This document shows positions 1 through 10,181 of a stretch of DNA of 64,000 nucleotides, in pieces (the stretch's first letter is position 1; each line of letters begins with the position of its first letter). Under the pieces are notes generated by a model. The model was not told where the DNA came from. It ran no database searches and saw only the letters and a list, made by a program, of their open reading frames with translations. The DNA is taken from contig JBFIHX010000004.1 of assembly GCA_041601615.1 (NCBI GenBank), positions 128,001 through 192,000 on the forward strand. Reading direction: 5' to 3'. The stretch comes from Thermoplasmatota archaeon. GTDB lineage: Archaea > Thermoplasmatota > E2 > JACPAO01 > JAHFTW01. A program made the position numbers and the translations under genes.

Positions 1-397
1 ATGTGAGCGTGACTTCAGCTGTGGCACCCCGATTAGAATCGACGCCGACCACCGCTTTCGCCCCGCAGAACACATCATCAACAAGGACCTCCATGATACA
101 GCCCGTCGCGGGGATGCCACCAATCAGGAAATCACTGGGACGAATGCTGCTGCGTAAGGGCAGATCGTTCATATTGTCGGCCTGCGAAAAAGAGAGCTTG
201 ATTGCGTCCAGGTGGCCGTCACCATCACGATCCATGAACTGGGCAGCAGTCACCGAGGGACCGCTGCTTGACGCGGCGACCGAGGGCACTAGAAGTCCGA
301 CTGCGGCGAGGCTCGCCACCATCAGGACCAGAACCGTCAATGCGGCGCTTGTGCGTGTAGGCCGAAGCCTGATTCCACCTGGAGAACTTGCAAACAT
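1..397 (-). CDS. Secreted/surface protein, N-terminal part only (runs off the left edge; absent from ORF track)
   Basis: Open frame from ATG 397: MFASSPGGIRLRPTRTSAALTVLVLMVASLAAVGLLVPSVAA (signal peptide), then FMDRDGDGHLDAIKLSFS (DxDGDG Ca-binding-like motif); no stop before base 1. Confidence 0.7.
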   Translation of the reverse strand, partial: MFASSPGGIRLRPTRTSAALTVLVLMVASLAAVGLLVPSVAASSSGPSVTAAQFMDRDGDGHLDAIKLSFSQADNMNDLPLRSSIRPSDFLIGGIPATGCIMEVLVDDVFCGAKAVVGVDSNRGATAEVTLT

Positions 398-641
398 GTT
401 CAGCATCCCTCACGCTGGTAGCGATAGACGCCACCGTATGCAGTCTGTCCAAGCGAAGCCGGGGTCTTAACCGCTCCGGGGTGGCTCTAGGAGAAAAATA
501 GTGTCGCCAGCTCTGGCAGTTGGCCTGCCAGAATACGCGGGTGTCGCTATTGGCATGCGGGCCCCCAGAATTGGGCGACTTGACCCCGACGGTCGATGCC
601 CTCATGTGAGGCGATGGTTTGCCGGGAGTCTTTGGCGGGGC

Positions 642-1430
642 CTAGAATGAAAAGGAGCGCCCAATAAGCGCGATGCGGACCAGAATTCCCAGGTCCCCGT
701 TCCCCCCATAACAAACTACGTCGTTCTCAGACCCTGGTGTAAAACATTCATTGATGAAGCCTCCAGGAACATCCTCGCTTCGGTCATCCTCCCTTAACCC
801 ATCACCATCCTTGTCGAGCCAGAGAGTCTCAGGAATCCCGTCATCGTTGGTATCGGCCAAGGGCAGTCCGGAAAACACCACACCTAGCAACGCCCCGACT
901 ATGTCCTCGCAGGGAAATTCTGGAGCCGCTGGATCAGTGCAGGCAGGTGCCTCAAAATCGTCGCTCATGAGAATGAGCGTCGAGCCATCCATGGTCAATC
1001 GAATGCCAACAACCACCGGGTTTGAGCCCCCAGGACCAAAATCAAGGCACACAGGATCGTCGACAGCCTGAACCTCAGGATCTTCCTGAATTGGAACCGG
1101 CTGCGGCTCGATTGTCTGCTCTTCAACGATGGGAATGCCCAACAAGGCAACACGAGGGATGGTTACGGGAGGCGTGTAAATCGTCGCCTCGTCCGCCCCA
1201 CCAGAGCTACACCGTTCGCTCCATGTTTGCGTATCAGAAGGACTGCACGAATCAGAGTAACTGGATTCGGAGTAGAGCAAATCCACGAAAATCGTACCAG
1301 CTTCGAGTATCTCTTGTTCGGATGTGGGTTGGCCCGTGTACCAGCACCCATCGGACGCGGAAACATTCGGGGCGACCAGCAAGGCCCCTGCAATGAGAAT
1401 CCAGCCAATAGCATAATGACGTGAAGCCAT
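642..1430 (-). CDS. Secreted acidic Cys-containing protein, paralog 1 of tandem family
   Basis: Signal peptide MASRHYAIGWILIAGALLVAPNVSA; near-identical core to 1538..2329; TTAAG about 25 nt upstream of ATG 1430. Confidence 0.8.
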   Translation of the reverse strand: MASRHYAIGWILIAGALLVAPNVSASDGCWYTGQPTSEQEILEAGTIFVDLLYSESSYSDSCSPSDTQTWSERCSSGGADEATIYTPPVTIPRVALLGIPIVEEQTIEPQPVPIQEDPEVQAVDDPVCLDFGPGGSNPVVVGIRLTMDGSTLILMSDDFEAPACTDPAAPEFPCEDIVGALLGVVFSGLPLADTNDDGIPETLWLDKDGDGLREDDRSEDVPGGFINECFTPGSENDVVCYGGNGDLGILVRIALIGRSFSF

Positions 1431-1537
1431 GGCGATATAACGCAATGCCATCCTTAATGGTTCCTAAAGGGCTTCTTTCAAAATATTAATCCAACTGGCA
1501 TGGTTTGGGGGAGGGGGTCGAGGTTTTTTGGATCGAT

Positions 1538-2329
1538 CTAGAAGGCGAAGGTCCGGCCTAGCACAGGCTCCACCCGGACCTGAAACCCAATTGGTCCGCG
1601 TCCACCGAAACAAATCAAATCCGCGTGGTGACCTGGCTCAGAGCATTGATGAATCGGTTCTCCGAGCACATCTTCGCTCCCATCCTCAGCGCGTTCAGCG
1701 TCTCCGTCCCGGTCCAGCCAGAGGGTCTCAGGAATCCCGTCGTCGTCCTTATCGGCCAAAGGAAGGCCAGAAAACACGATTCCTAGCAGAGCCCCGACGA
1801 AATCCTCGCAGGGAAATTCTGGGGCAGCTGGATCAGTGCAGGCTGGCGCCTCAAAATCGTCGCTCATGAGAATAAGCGTCGAGCCATCCATGGTCAATCG
1901 AACGCCAACAACCACCGGATTTGAGCCCCCGGGACCAAAATCAAGGCATACAGGATCGTCGACCGCTTGAACCTCAGGATCTTCCTGAATCGGAACAGGC
2001 TGTGGTTCGATCGTCTGTTCTTCGATGATGGGAATTCCCAAAACGCTCAGGTACGGAACGGTCACAGGGGGCGTGTAGATTGTTGCCTCGTCAGCCCCAC
2101 CTGAACTGCACCGTTCGCTCCACGATTGGGTTTCAGCAGGATTGCACGATTCCGAGTAACGCGATTCAGCAAAGAGAACATCAGCAGAAATCGACCCGGA
2201 GGTGAAAATTTCTTGCTCCGATATCGCTTGGTCGGAATACCAGCACCCGTCGGACGCGGAAACATTCGGAACGACAAGCATTGCCCCAGCAATGAGTAAC
2301 CAGCCAATAGCATAATGACGTGAAGTCAT
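1538..2329 (-). CDS. Secreted acidic Cys-containing protein, paralog 2 of tandem family
   Basis: Signal peptide; core matches 642..1430 with mostly synonymous changes; C-terminal domain shared with 2456..4627. Confidence 0.8.
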   Translation of the reverse strand: MTSRHYAIGWLLIAGAMLVVPNVSASDGCWYSDQAISEQEIFTSGSISADVLFAESRYSESCNPAETQSWSERCSSGGADEATIYTPPVTVPYLSVLGIPIIEEQTIEPQPVPIQEDPEVQAVDDPVCLDFGPGGSNPVVVGVRLTMDGSTLILMSDDFEAPACTDPAAPEFPCEDFVGALLGIVFSGLPLADKDDDGIPETLWLDRDGDAERAEDGSEDVLGEPIHQCSEPGHHADLICFGGRGPIGFQVRVEPVLGRTFAF

Positions 2330-2345
2330 GCAGTCTAATGGTGCT

Positions 2346-2362
2346 GAGCTACTTAATAGCTC
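2346..2362. promoter_or_regulatory. Inverted repeat overlapping putative TATA box of paralog 2
   Basis: GAGCTA-CTTAA-TAGCTC; minus strand reads TATTAAG about 25 nt before ATG 2329. Confidence 0.4.
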
Positions 2363-2455
2363 CCAAGGTTACTAAATCAGAAGCTGCAAGGCGATACAAC
2401 ACTATTTGGTTGGGTAAACGAGTAGGTGGAGAGGGTTGAGGGCCGAGCTGAACCA

Positions 2456-4627
2456 CTAAATGGCGATCATCATCCCTAGCGGAGCTATGTAGAGGGTGTA
2501 GCCAAGGTCGCCCCGGCCACCCCTACAGATGGGGTCCGCGCGATGCCCAGGCTCAGAGCAATCGTGAATCGGATCCTGCGGCACATCCTCACTCCCATCC
2601 GCGTCGCGCTCTCCGTCGCCATCGTCGTCGATGAACACTGTGTCGTATTCTCCATCGCCGTCGGTGTCGGCCAGGGGCGGGTGGGTTGCGGTGTTGGTTA
2701 GAAGCTGGAGGAGTGCGAGGAGTTCTTCGTCGATCATCCAGCAGGGTTCTTCGGCGTCGCCCGCTTCCACGCAGACGTCGCCAATGATGGTGGCTTCGCA
2801 GCCGTCGGGGGTGCCGTCGTTGTCGGCGTCCTCGTTGTCGTCGAAGCCGGGGCAAACGTCGCTGCCGTTGGCGACGCCGTCGTTGTCGGAGTCGTTGAGG
2901 TAGGCGTCGCATGCGTCCCCGATACCGTCGCCGTCTTCATCGGCTTGGTCGGCGTTGGAGTCTCCGGGACAGTTGTCTGCACCGTCGGCGACTCCGTCGT
3001 TGTCCTGGTCTGCGATGGTCTCAGGCGCATTGCAGGGGTCGTCGGGGTTCTCGGGGTGGAAGATGCCGTCGTCGTTCATGGTGGGTTCCATGCCCACGAC
3101 GCAGATGCCGAGGTTGCCGCGCACAAGGAGCACGAGGCTTTCTTCGGCGGCGCTGCCGTTGACGTCGCCGACGCGCAGGGTGATGAAGGGGAGTCCGTTG
3201 GTTCCGAGGACGTAGACGGTGAATCCGTCGCTGTGGCCTTCGAGTTCGCGCGGCCCGGCGGGCGTGGTGTCGTCCTCTTGGGATTCGTCAAAGTCCACGT
3301 AGGCGATGTTTGCCTCGATGGCATCGGGGAATCCATTGGGCTCCTCGAAAACGCCGTCGTCGTCGGAGTCGTTCGGGTCGCTGACGTCCATGAGACTGGT
3401 CAGGAAATCGAGTGCTTCCTCGTCCGAGGTGGTGCAGTCGTCGCTGAACAATGCATCCATGAGGTCGCAGTTGGGGTCGAGGATGCCTGTAGGGAGGCCG
3501 CCGAGGGTCCGAATGGGAACTTCGGGGTCTAGATCATCCTCGTCGAATTCGGCTGGGATCATGTCGCCATCGGCGTCATCGTCGCAGGCGTCACCGTCGC
3601 CGTCTCCGTCAAGGTCTGCTTGGTCGGTGTTGGCGTCGAAGGGACAGTTGTCGTCCTCGTCGAGGACCGTGTCGTCGTCATCGTCAGGGTCGCAGACGTC
3701 ACCGAGGGCATCGCCGTCGTTGTTGGCCTGGTCTTTGTTGGGCGTGTCGGGGCAGTTGTCGGCGCCGTTGAGAGCGTCGTCGCCGTCTCGATCTGGGTCA
3801 CAGATATCGCCGACATCGTCCTCGTCGAAGTCGGCTTGGTCTGGGTTGTAGTTGTTGGGACAATTGTCGACAAGGTCGTTGTATCCGTCCATGTCGGCGT
3901 CGCCGACTGGGCCCGGGTCGGATGCGTCGAGCGGCCGGCTTCCCAGTGAGTTGACCTCTCGGCCGTCGCTGTACCCGTCGCCGTCCGTGTCAGGGTCCGT
4001 GGGGTCCGTGCCGTGGGTGTAGACTTCAGCGCCGTCGTCGAGGCCGTCGTCGTCGGAGTCGTGGTCGCGGGGGCTGGTGCCGAAGATGGATCGTTCTTTG
4101 TCGTCTTCTAGGCCGTCCGCATCTACGTCGTTGCAGTACGAGTCGGGGTTGAGGGGGTTGCTGAAACAGAAAATTTCATTGACGTCCAAGTGGCCGTCGT
4201 TGTCCAAGTCGCTGTAGGCGGCGAAGCGAGGATCGAAGGGAGCTCCCGAGTACGGCTCTCCAAGTTGGATGTAAATGGTGGTGACTTCGTATTCGGGGTG
4301 GCCCCAGATGTTGCCTTCCTCGAACAGGATGCTGATGGGCAAATCTACGGCGTAGGTGCCTGAGGGAATGGTTGGGATTTGTGCCGTCAAGTCCGTTAGG
4401 GCAGCATTGATGAGCGCTTCAAGGTCTTCTGGGCCGTCGCATTCATCGTTTGGCTCCGCGCTTGGCTCGGGCTCTGTGGCAACTACTGGGTCTGTGCAGG
4501 CGATACCCAATGCGATCGCTGCCGCCCGGGTGCCATCCAGTTGGTCTTGGGCATCCACCGGCATGGCTGCCAGGGGCGCAAGGAGCAGGATCAATGCGAT
4601 GAGAGCAGTGGTATTCTTGAACGACAT
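2456..4627 (-). CDS. Secreted thrombospondin type-3 repeat (Ca-binding) protein
   Basis: GGAGG before ATG 4627, signal peptide, repeated DNCP..N.DQAD.D.DG.GD.CD and D.D.DGL.DG.E motifs. Confidence 0.85.
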   Translation of the reverse strand: MSFKNTTALIALILLLAPLAAMPVDAQDQLDGTRAAAIALGIACTDPVVATEPEPSAEPNDECDGPEDLEALINAALTDLTAQIPTIPSGTYAVDLPISILFEEGNIWGHPEYEVTTIYIQLGEPYSGAPFDPRFAAYSDLDNDGHLDVNEIFCFSNPLNPDSYCNDVDADGLEDDKERSIFGTSPRDHDSDDDGLDDGAEVYTHGTDPTDPDTDGDGYSDGREVNSLGSRPLDASDPGPVGDADMDGYNDLVDNCPNNYNPDQADFDEDDVGDICDPDRDGDDALNGADNCPDTPNKDQANNDGDALGDVCDPDDDDDTVLDEDDNCPFDANTDQADLDGDGDGDACDDDADGDMIPAEFDEDDLDPEVPIRTLGGLPTGILDPNCDLMDALFSDDCTTSDEEALDFLTSLMDVSDPNDSDDDGVFEEPNGFPDAIEANIAYVDFDESQEDDTTPAGPRELEGHSDGFTVYVLGTNGLPFITLRVGDVNGSAAEESLVLLVRGNLGICVVGMEPTMNDDGIFHPENPDDPCNAPETIADQDNDGVADGADNCPGDSNADQADEDGDGIGDACDAYLNDSDNDGVANGSDVCPGFDDNEDADNDGTPDGCEATIIGDVCVEAGDAEEPCWMIDEELLALLQLLTNTATHPPLADTDGDGEYDTVFIDDDGDGERDADGSEDVPQDPIHDCSEPGHRADPICRGGRGDLGYTLYIAPLGMMIAI

Positions 4628-4975
4628 GTGAAAATCCTCCCGGCTGGTCGACCCGGTAGTGCCGCGCTCGCCGTCCATCGATATCAACGTTGGGGACCGT
4701 TTGTCGAACGATGCGTTCGATTCAGGCTACATTGATCGTGGGTTCGGTTTTGACGGGGGCCGGGTTGCACCGGAAATGCAGGTTGTCCAGCATGTCGGAG
4801 ATACTTAACCATTGACACCTGCATCGGCAAGAGCTGCGTAGAGATTCGAGGCGATTTCTCCCGGAGCGGCGCACTCGATTTTGCCCGGGAGGACGTTCGG
4901 CCGTGGTGGGCCGGTGGCCGCTTCGCGTGGAGCCTCTGGACGATGGGCGTCACCGAACGACCCCGGGAGCGCGGC

Positions 4976-6724
4976 CTAGACCGTGAATTCGGCCACCAAT
5001 TTACCGGCCGGTTGGTCCCAGCGGAAGCCAAAATCCTTGCCGCCCACGGGGTTGGTGTAGGGAACGAAATCGACGGCATCGGGCGCCACGGCATCTTCGT
5101 AGGGGAAGGCAATCTCGACCGTGAAACTGGTGCCGCGAGCCGCAGACTGCACGAGCACCCCGTAATCGATGATTCGTTCCGTCACGCGCACGAAGTCTGA
5201 AACGATCCACTTGCCGCTGCAACTGCTGCTGTCGGTTGCGACCGTCCGCGCCAGGGTTTCCAGATCAAAACACAGCACGCCCACATCCTGGCGGCCCTGC
5301 ACTTCCACCGCTTTTTCGAACGAAATCCGGGGCTCTTGGGTGTCGGCCCCGTACTGGTACCGGCTGCTCAACGCGGTGCTCCATCCGGACACTTCGCCCG
5401 ACTCCGATATGACGCGCAGGGGCAAGTATTCGGGCAATCGGATGCCGAAACTCTGCATGGAAGTGCTTGGGCCACGCGGGGCGCCACTGGTGGCATCGTC
5501 CCAGCCGCCGTCGATCGGGCTCACGTCAACGGGCATCCAGGCGCTGGGGTTGCCAGCGCGATCGCCTGCATAGAACTCGATCCAAGCGTGGAATCCGTCG
5601 ACGGTGCCCGCAAGGTAGCCACTGACCAGCCGAGCCGGGACGCCGGCGGCACGAAGGAGGCTCACGTAGGTTGCGGCCAGGTCACGGCACACCCCGCCAC
5701 GCACGCCGTTGCCACTGCCGTCGTCTGCGAGGCCGTCGTCGCCTGCGTCCTGGTCACGTTGTGCTTCCGCATCCGGGTCTTCTAGGTCGTCAAGCACTTG
5801 ATGGGGCAGCATCAGGGTGTTGGAGGCGAGGCGTTGCTCGTCGTATTCGAGGTTATCAAACAGCCACTCGTAGAGCCGATAGGCAATCTGCACTGTGGAG
5901 CGATCATCGGGCTGCAGCGCCTCGGCCACGACCCTTTGGACACTGGAATCGGACGGAACGATCCCGTAACCCGCCCCGAGCCAGCGCCCACCGAGCGCGG
6001 CGCTTGCTTCGGAGGGAGTTACATAAGCCTCCATGTTGGCTAGGTCCCAGACGCGCACTTCGTTGGTGTACCGAGCGACGATTCCGAAACTGTAGGCGCC
6101 GGGCTCAAGCACCGCCGCGTCGCCCGCTCGAACCTGAATCACGCCGCTCCATCGGTTGCCCGCTTCGTCCGTCAAGGTGAGCGTGTAGGCGTACAGACCG
6201 TCGCCGAGGCCGCGCACTGTGTGGGGCAGCGAACGAGACACGAGCACCCCGTCCGGATTCAACAGTTCCACGCTGGCGTCCGCCGGGACCGTTGCCCCTG
6301 CGCCAATGGTGTACGCTCCGCCCACTGCGTCGCCGATTTTCTCCAATCCGGAAGGCTCCGGCGGCGTGCCATCCACGCGCACTCCCCTGAAGGTCTCCCA
6401 TTCATGACCGTCCACGAAATAGGTAACCTTCCAAGTGCCATCCGGCAAATCCAGAAAAACGGGATCGTCTGCCGTGGCGAGACCAGAGGCTTCCAAGGGA
6501 CCTCCGTCGCCCACGGCAACAATGCGAACAGGAGCCCCGCCCGGTTGGTGCACGAACACCATGAAACGCGACTCAGTGTTCCAATCGTTCTCCACCAAGG
6601 GCGTACGACTGACAGGAATGTCCGGCCGCTGTGCGGCGTCCACAAACTCCCGCAGCGCCGCGCAGCCGCTAAACGCGGGAAGCAGCAACAGCACGAGAAC
6701 AATCAAAGGAAGCCGGGAACGCAC
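4976..6724 (-). CDS. Lipoprotein with transglutaminase-like (Cys-His-Asp) domain
   Basis: Lipobox LLLLPAFSGC after GTG 6724; GVCRDLA...LLRAAGVPARLVSGY, HAWIEFY, W.PVD motifs. Confidence 0.85.
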   Translation of the reverse strand: MRSRLPLIVLVLLLLPAFSGCAALREFVDAAQRPDIPVSRTPLVENDWNTESRFMVFVHQPGGAPVRIVAVGDGGPLEASGLATADDPVFLDLPDGTWKVTYFVDGHEWETFRGVRVDGTPPEPSGLEKIGDAVGGAYTIGAGATVPADASVELLNPDGVLVSRSLPHTVRGLGDGLYAYTLTLTDEAGNRWSGVIQVRAGDAAVLEPGAYSFGIVARYTNEVRVWDLANMEAYVTPSEASAALGGRWLGAGYGIVPSDSSVQRVVAEALQPDDRSTVQIAYRLYEWLFDNLEYDEQRLASNTLMLPHQVLDDLEDPDAEAQRDQDAGDDGLADDGSGNGVRGGVCRDLAATYVSLLRAAGVPARLVSGYLAGTVDGFHAWIEFYAGDRAGNPSAWMPVDVSPIDGGWDDATSGAPRGPSTSMQSFGIRLPEYLPLRVISESGEVSGWSTALSSRYQYGADTQEPRISFEKAVEVQGRQDVGVLCFDLETLARTVATDSSSCSGKWIVSDFVRVTERIIDYGVLVQSAARGTSFTVEIAFPYEDAVAPDAVDFVPYTNPVGGKDFGFRWDQPAGKLVAEFTV

Positions 6725-6746
6725 AAGGACCGAGATGGCTGTGGGT

Positions 6747-7631
6747 TCATGTCCCTTTTTCCGTTTCGATTGGGGAAGTAGCCGGCGATTGGCCTCGACG
6801 CACCGCCATCTCCAGTGCCCAAACCAATGCAGCGCCAAGCAGAACCACAAACAAGACCAGCAGAACGTTCCCCGAGGGCGACGCCGGTTGTCCCGCCGCA
6901 AATCCCGCTTCGGTTCGCCACGGCCACAAACGACCCAGCGAGCCCACGAGCAAGCCGACCATGGCGGCATGCGTCAACGACGACCGATTCTCCAACAACC
7001 AATGAAGCGCGTGCGAAAAGGACAGCAATCCAACGAATGCGCCCCCGCCCACCAGCACAACCACGACCAAGTCGAGCGCAGCCACTGCATGAATCACTGG
7101 CTCATACAAACCCATCAAAAGCAGCAGATACGCGCCGCTAATTCCAGGCAAAATCATTGCCACCGCCGCAATCGCACCCGCGAGCGGCAGGAACCACATC
7201 GCAGACGGCGCGGCAACGGGATGGACCGCAGTTACCGCCAGCGCAAAAAGCCCAGTCAGCAGCGCCCACAACCACGCGGAGCCCGTCCAGGTAACGCGAC
7301 GAGCGGGCGCGCGCACCCCCGCCACCACAAGACCAAGCAAGAACGCAGACAAGAATCGAGGCGCCGAATCGAGGGCCAAAACGAGCACCTTAGCGCCAAG
7401 CACCAGCCCCGAAACAACGCCAAGACCCAGAAGAACAAGGAATCCCAAATCCATCTCCCGCCAAGCACCTCGGCGCACCACATCCCAACGCAAATGGGCC
7501 AACGCACGAACCAGGCGCGGATGGATGCCCAGCAACAGCGCCATCGTGCCGCCGCTGATTCCGGGCACCGCATCCGAAAGCCCCATGGCCATACCACGAG
7601 CTGCAATGCGGGCGGGGCGAAGGTCAGACAC
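6747..7631 (-). CDS. DUF368 family membrane protein (putative polyprenyl-phosphate transporter)
   Basis: GMAMGLSDAVPGISGGTMALLLGI and AMILPGISGAYLLLLMGLY signature repeats. Confidence 0.85.
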   Translation of the reverse strand: MSDLRPARIAARGMAMGLSDAVPGISGGTMALLLGIHPRLVRALAHLRWDVVRRGAWREMDLGFLVLLGLGVVSGLVLGAKVLVLALDSAPRFLSAFLLGLVVAGVRAPARRVTWTGSAWLWALLTGLFALAVTAVHPVAAPSAMWFLPLAGAIAAVAMILPGISGAYLLLLMGLYEPVIHAVAALDLVVVVLVGGGAFVGLLSFSHALHWLLENRSSLTHAAMVGLLVGSLGRLWPWRTEAGFAAGQPASPSGNVLLVLFVVLLGAALVWALEMAVRRGQSPATSPIETEKGT

Positions 7632-7669
7632 GGGCAGCAGGAGACGAACGCGGACAAGAACGGGCCGGT

Positions 7670-7792
7670 CTATTCCGGCAGGACTTCGATGATGCCCTGC
7701 TCGCGGAGCCTTCGGGCCTTGAAATGGAGGTACCAGTCCCGGTCGCGACGGTTCTGCTCCATGACAAGTGCAACTTCCTCCGCTATGGTCAT
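7670..7792 (-). CDS. 40-aa protein, probable partner of the upstream nucleotidyltransferase
   Basis: MTIAEEVALVMEQNRRDRDWYLHFKARRLREQGIIEVLPE*; ATG overlaps the upstream stop (ATGA). Confidence 0.55.
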   Translation of the reverse strand: MTIAEEVALVMEQNRRDRDWYLHFKARRLREQGIIEVLPE

Positions 7793-8405
7793 AAGGTATG
7801 TCTCCGCAAATTCTCTACTACATGTGATGATACTTCCAAGGATTTGGCCGTTGCGGAAACCCGTGCCCAGTCGATTGCCTCCTAGGCGACGATGGCAATA
7901 TGCTCGGCATCTTCTAGATCCTTGCCAGATTCTCCCCTCGATAGATATAGCTTAAACGCGATTTGATCAGAAAGATCACTGATGCGCCCCTCAGTGCCCA
8001 AGAGGTCCAACGACCATGCATCATCCAATGCTTGTTGGCCCATTCGATCTTTGGCAAATTTTACCTCCATGTTTGGTTCGTCCGTTGCATCAATGGCGAA
8101 TCGAAGCGCAATCTGGTGACTCAAGGTGTCCCACGCAGTATCCACGGAGGAAGCCTGAAGACAGTAGAACCCGCATCATGGAGGCGAATCCACCAGGATC
8201 GAAATACGGATTCGCTGTGGGGCCTCAGCAACATATCAATGTCTTCAGTCATTCGAGTCCGCCCCAATACAATCGCTGAATAGCCCGAGACCAACACGCC
8301 TTCAACTTCACCCATGGTCTCAAGAAATTTCACCACGAAATCATCGTACGCGCTTACGCTCTCTTGGACCTCAATTCGACCCGGACGAACAACGACTTTC
8401 GCCAT
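7789..8405 (-). pseudogene. Archaeal nucleotidyltransferase-like gene disrupted by a frameshift (about 8168) and an in-frame TAG (7882-7884)
   Basis: LVSGYSAIVLGRTRMTEDID in one frame; PNMEVKF...QIAFKLYL...KDLEDAEH in the next; after TAG continues EAIDWARV...LEV to TGA 7789. Confidence 0.7.
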
Positions 8406-9769
8406 CAATCCACCGACACGATCTCCTTAACCAAGTGCTCCGTCTGGTCTCGCTTCTCCTGATGTTCCTTCAAGAAACCGAGCAGAAGCTCTGCTGCTTC
8501 ACCCTTGCATCCACCACACAGCCGTTCGCCGCCGACGCACTCATCGTAGACTTGTTGGAGATGGTTGTCGTCCTTGGCCAAATGGTACAGGAATAACTCG
8601 TACACGGGGCACTTGTCTGCCTCGCCGCCCTTCTGGCGTTGCTCCTCGGCCGACCCACGACCACCCGTGACACTAGCCAAGACCTTCTTGGACGCGACCT
8701 TCGGCTCTTCCGTAAGAAACGCGCTGCTTTCGGGCTTGCTGCTGCTCATTTTTTCGCCCGTGAAGCCCGTCATGAAGCGATGGAATGTGGCACTGGGGCG
8801 GATGAATGCGAGGCCGCCTTTCTTGGCTTCCTTCTGGGCCAATGCAAGGTCCAAGTCCCGAACATCCTTCATGCTCATGTTGTCGCCCAGGTACAAGTGA
8901 CGGTAGGCGTCGTTGCGCACCCGATCCATGCGCGTGCCCATGCCTTGGTCTTCCAGGACGGCCTCGGCCATGTCGAGCCAGCGCTTCGGGTCTTCGTCGC
9001 CTCGAATGGCGATGGCCCAACCCGCCTTCGCCTTCGGCCCCTCGGCCTTGTCCGCGTGGTAGACATTGAAAGTACGCCATGATTGCGCAATGTCCCGAGC
9101 GAGCCGAATGTGCGGATCTTGATCTACACCCACAGGAACAAGCACCGGGCGAGGGCCGCCGAGATCCGGTCGTTGCACATGCAGGATATCTGCTGCTTGG
9201 ACAAGCGGCGCGTTGACGTGCGCAATGGTGGTTTTGTCGCCAAAACCGTACATCTGCTGCATTTGGCTCCACTTGACTTTGAGAGCGAATCGATCAGCCA
9301 GGTCCTTGACGCGGTGGCGTTTGGTTTGGAAATACACCTCCGCCGAGTTTGGATCCAACCCGAGTGCCAGGTAGTTGCGAACATATTGGTCGATGGCCAG
9401 CTCCTGCGCCTTCTCAATGCTGAGGTTGCGCGCAGCGACCGCTTCGAAGTCTGCCACCGCGATGTGCAAGTCGGCGCCATGCTGCTGATGAGCGATGCAC
9501 TGCTCGATGACCATTTTGTGACCGAGATGCATCAAACCCGACGGCATGAGGCCGGTCATCACCGACCAAGGCTCCTTGCGGCTGACGGCGTCACGGATGC
9601 GCTGAAAGTCACGGTGCCCGAAAACCACGCCTCGTTTCAGGAGCATATGTGGCGCATCGAACGCCTGCCAGTCCTCGGCGCCGAAGGGTTCGATGCCGAA
9701 CTCGGACCGTAGGCGGGCGTAGTCCTGGTATTGACTACTGCCCCAGGGATCAATGTGCACGCGTGGCAC
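8405..9769 (-). CDS. trpS: Tryptophan--tRNA ligase, archaeal type
   Basis: IDPWG start, TGLMPSG.MHLGH (HIGH), QAADIL, VPVGVDQDPH, KMSSSKPES. Confidence 0.95.
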   Translation of the reverse strand: MPRVHIDPWGSSQYQDYARLRSEFGIEPFGAEDWQAFDAPHMLLKRGVVFGHRDFQRIRDAVSRKEPWSVMTGLMPSGLMHLGHKMVIEQCIAHQQHGADLHIAVADFEAVAARNLSIEKAQELAIDQYVRNYLALGLDPNSAEVYFQTKRHRVKDLADRFALKVKWSQMQQMYGFGDKTTIAHVNAPLVQAADILHVQRPDLGGPRPVLVPVGVDQDPHIRLARDIAQSWRTFNVYHADKAEGPKAKAGWAIAIRGDEDPKRWLDMAEAVLEDQGMGTRMDRVRNDAYRHLYLGDNMSMKDVRDLDLALAQKEAKKGGLAFIRPSATFHRFMTGFTGEKMSSSKPESSAFLTEEPKVASKKVLASVTGGRGSAEEQRQKGGEADKCPVYELFLYHLAKDDNHLQQVYDECVGGERLCGGCKGEAAELLLGFLKEHQEKRDQTEHLVKEIVSVD

Positions 9770-9773
9770 AGGC

Positions 9774-10181
9774 TCATGCCTCTCTTGGCTGCTTCGCCCC
9801 GCGATGGGGCCACAGAAGACCCGTCAGAGCGCCAAGCGCCGCGACCACCGGGAGCCACGGAGCTTCCCACGCGGAGTCGTTGCCAGGAATCTTGGGCACG
9901 GCCGTCGCGGTCCAGCCAGGAACATAGGTAATCCCGTCGACCTGCGGCTCGGGCCGAGCTAGGACCGTCCACGCTCCGGGGTGCGGGCTGCTGGCTGTCA
10001 ACTCATGCGCTCCGGCGTCCACACGGATGGATTCGGTCTCGTTGTCTCCCGTGGTGGCGACCCAGACACCATCGAGGTGCCAGGAAACCGGAAGTCCCTC
10101 GGTACCGGAACTGACCAATCGGAGGTCCGTATCTTCCATGAGTACAGGTGAAAGGACCAGCAATGCGAGCAGGGGCATCAT
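9774..10181 (-). CDS. Small exported protein with C-terminal TM anchor
   Basis: Hydrophobic N- and C-termini; overlaps the upstream stop. Confidence 0.6.
   Translation of the reverse strand: MMPLLALLVLSPVLMEDTDLRLVSSGTEGLPVSWHLDGVWVATTGDNETESIRVDAGAHELTASSPHPGAWTVLARPEPQVDGITYVPGWTATAVPKIPGNDSAWEAPWLPVVAALGALTGLLWPHRGAKQPREA

Noticed and set aside
642-2329. Diversity-generating retroelement template/variable repeat pair
   Set aside because: Differences are mostly synonymous and not adenine-specific, both copies are full genes, and no reverse transcriptase is present
2750-4210. CRISPR-like periodic GTCGTC repeats
   Set aside because: They are Asp-rich TSP3 coding repeats; there is no fixed repeat-spacer structure and no cas genes
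7882-7884. Pyrrolysine or readthrough at the in-frame TAG
   Set aside because: The same gene also has a frameshift and no pyl genes are in the window; pseudogenisation is simpler
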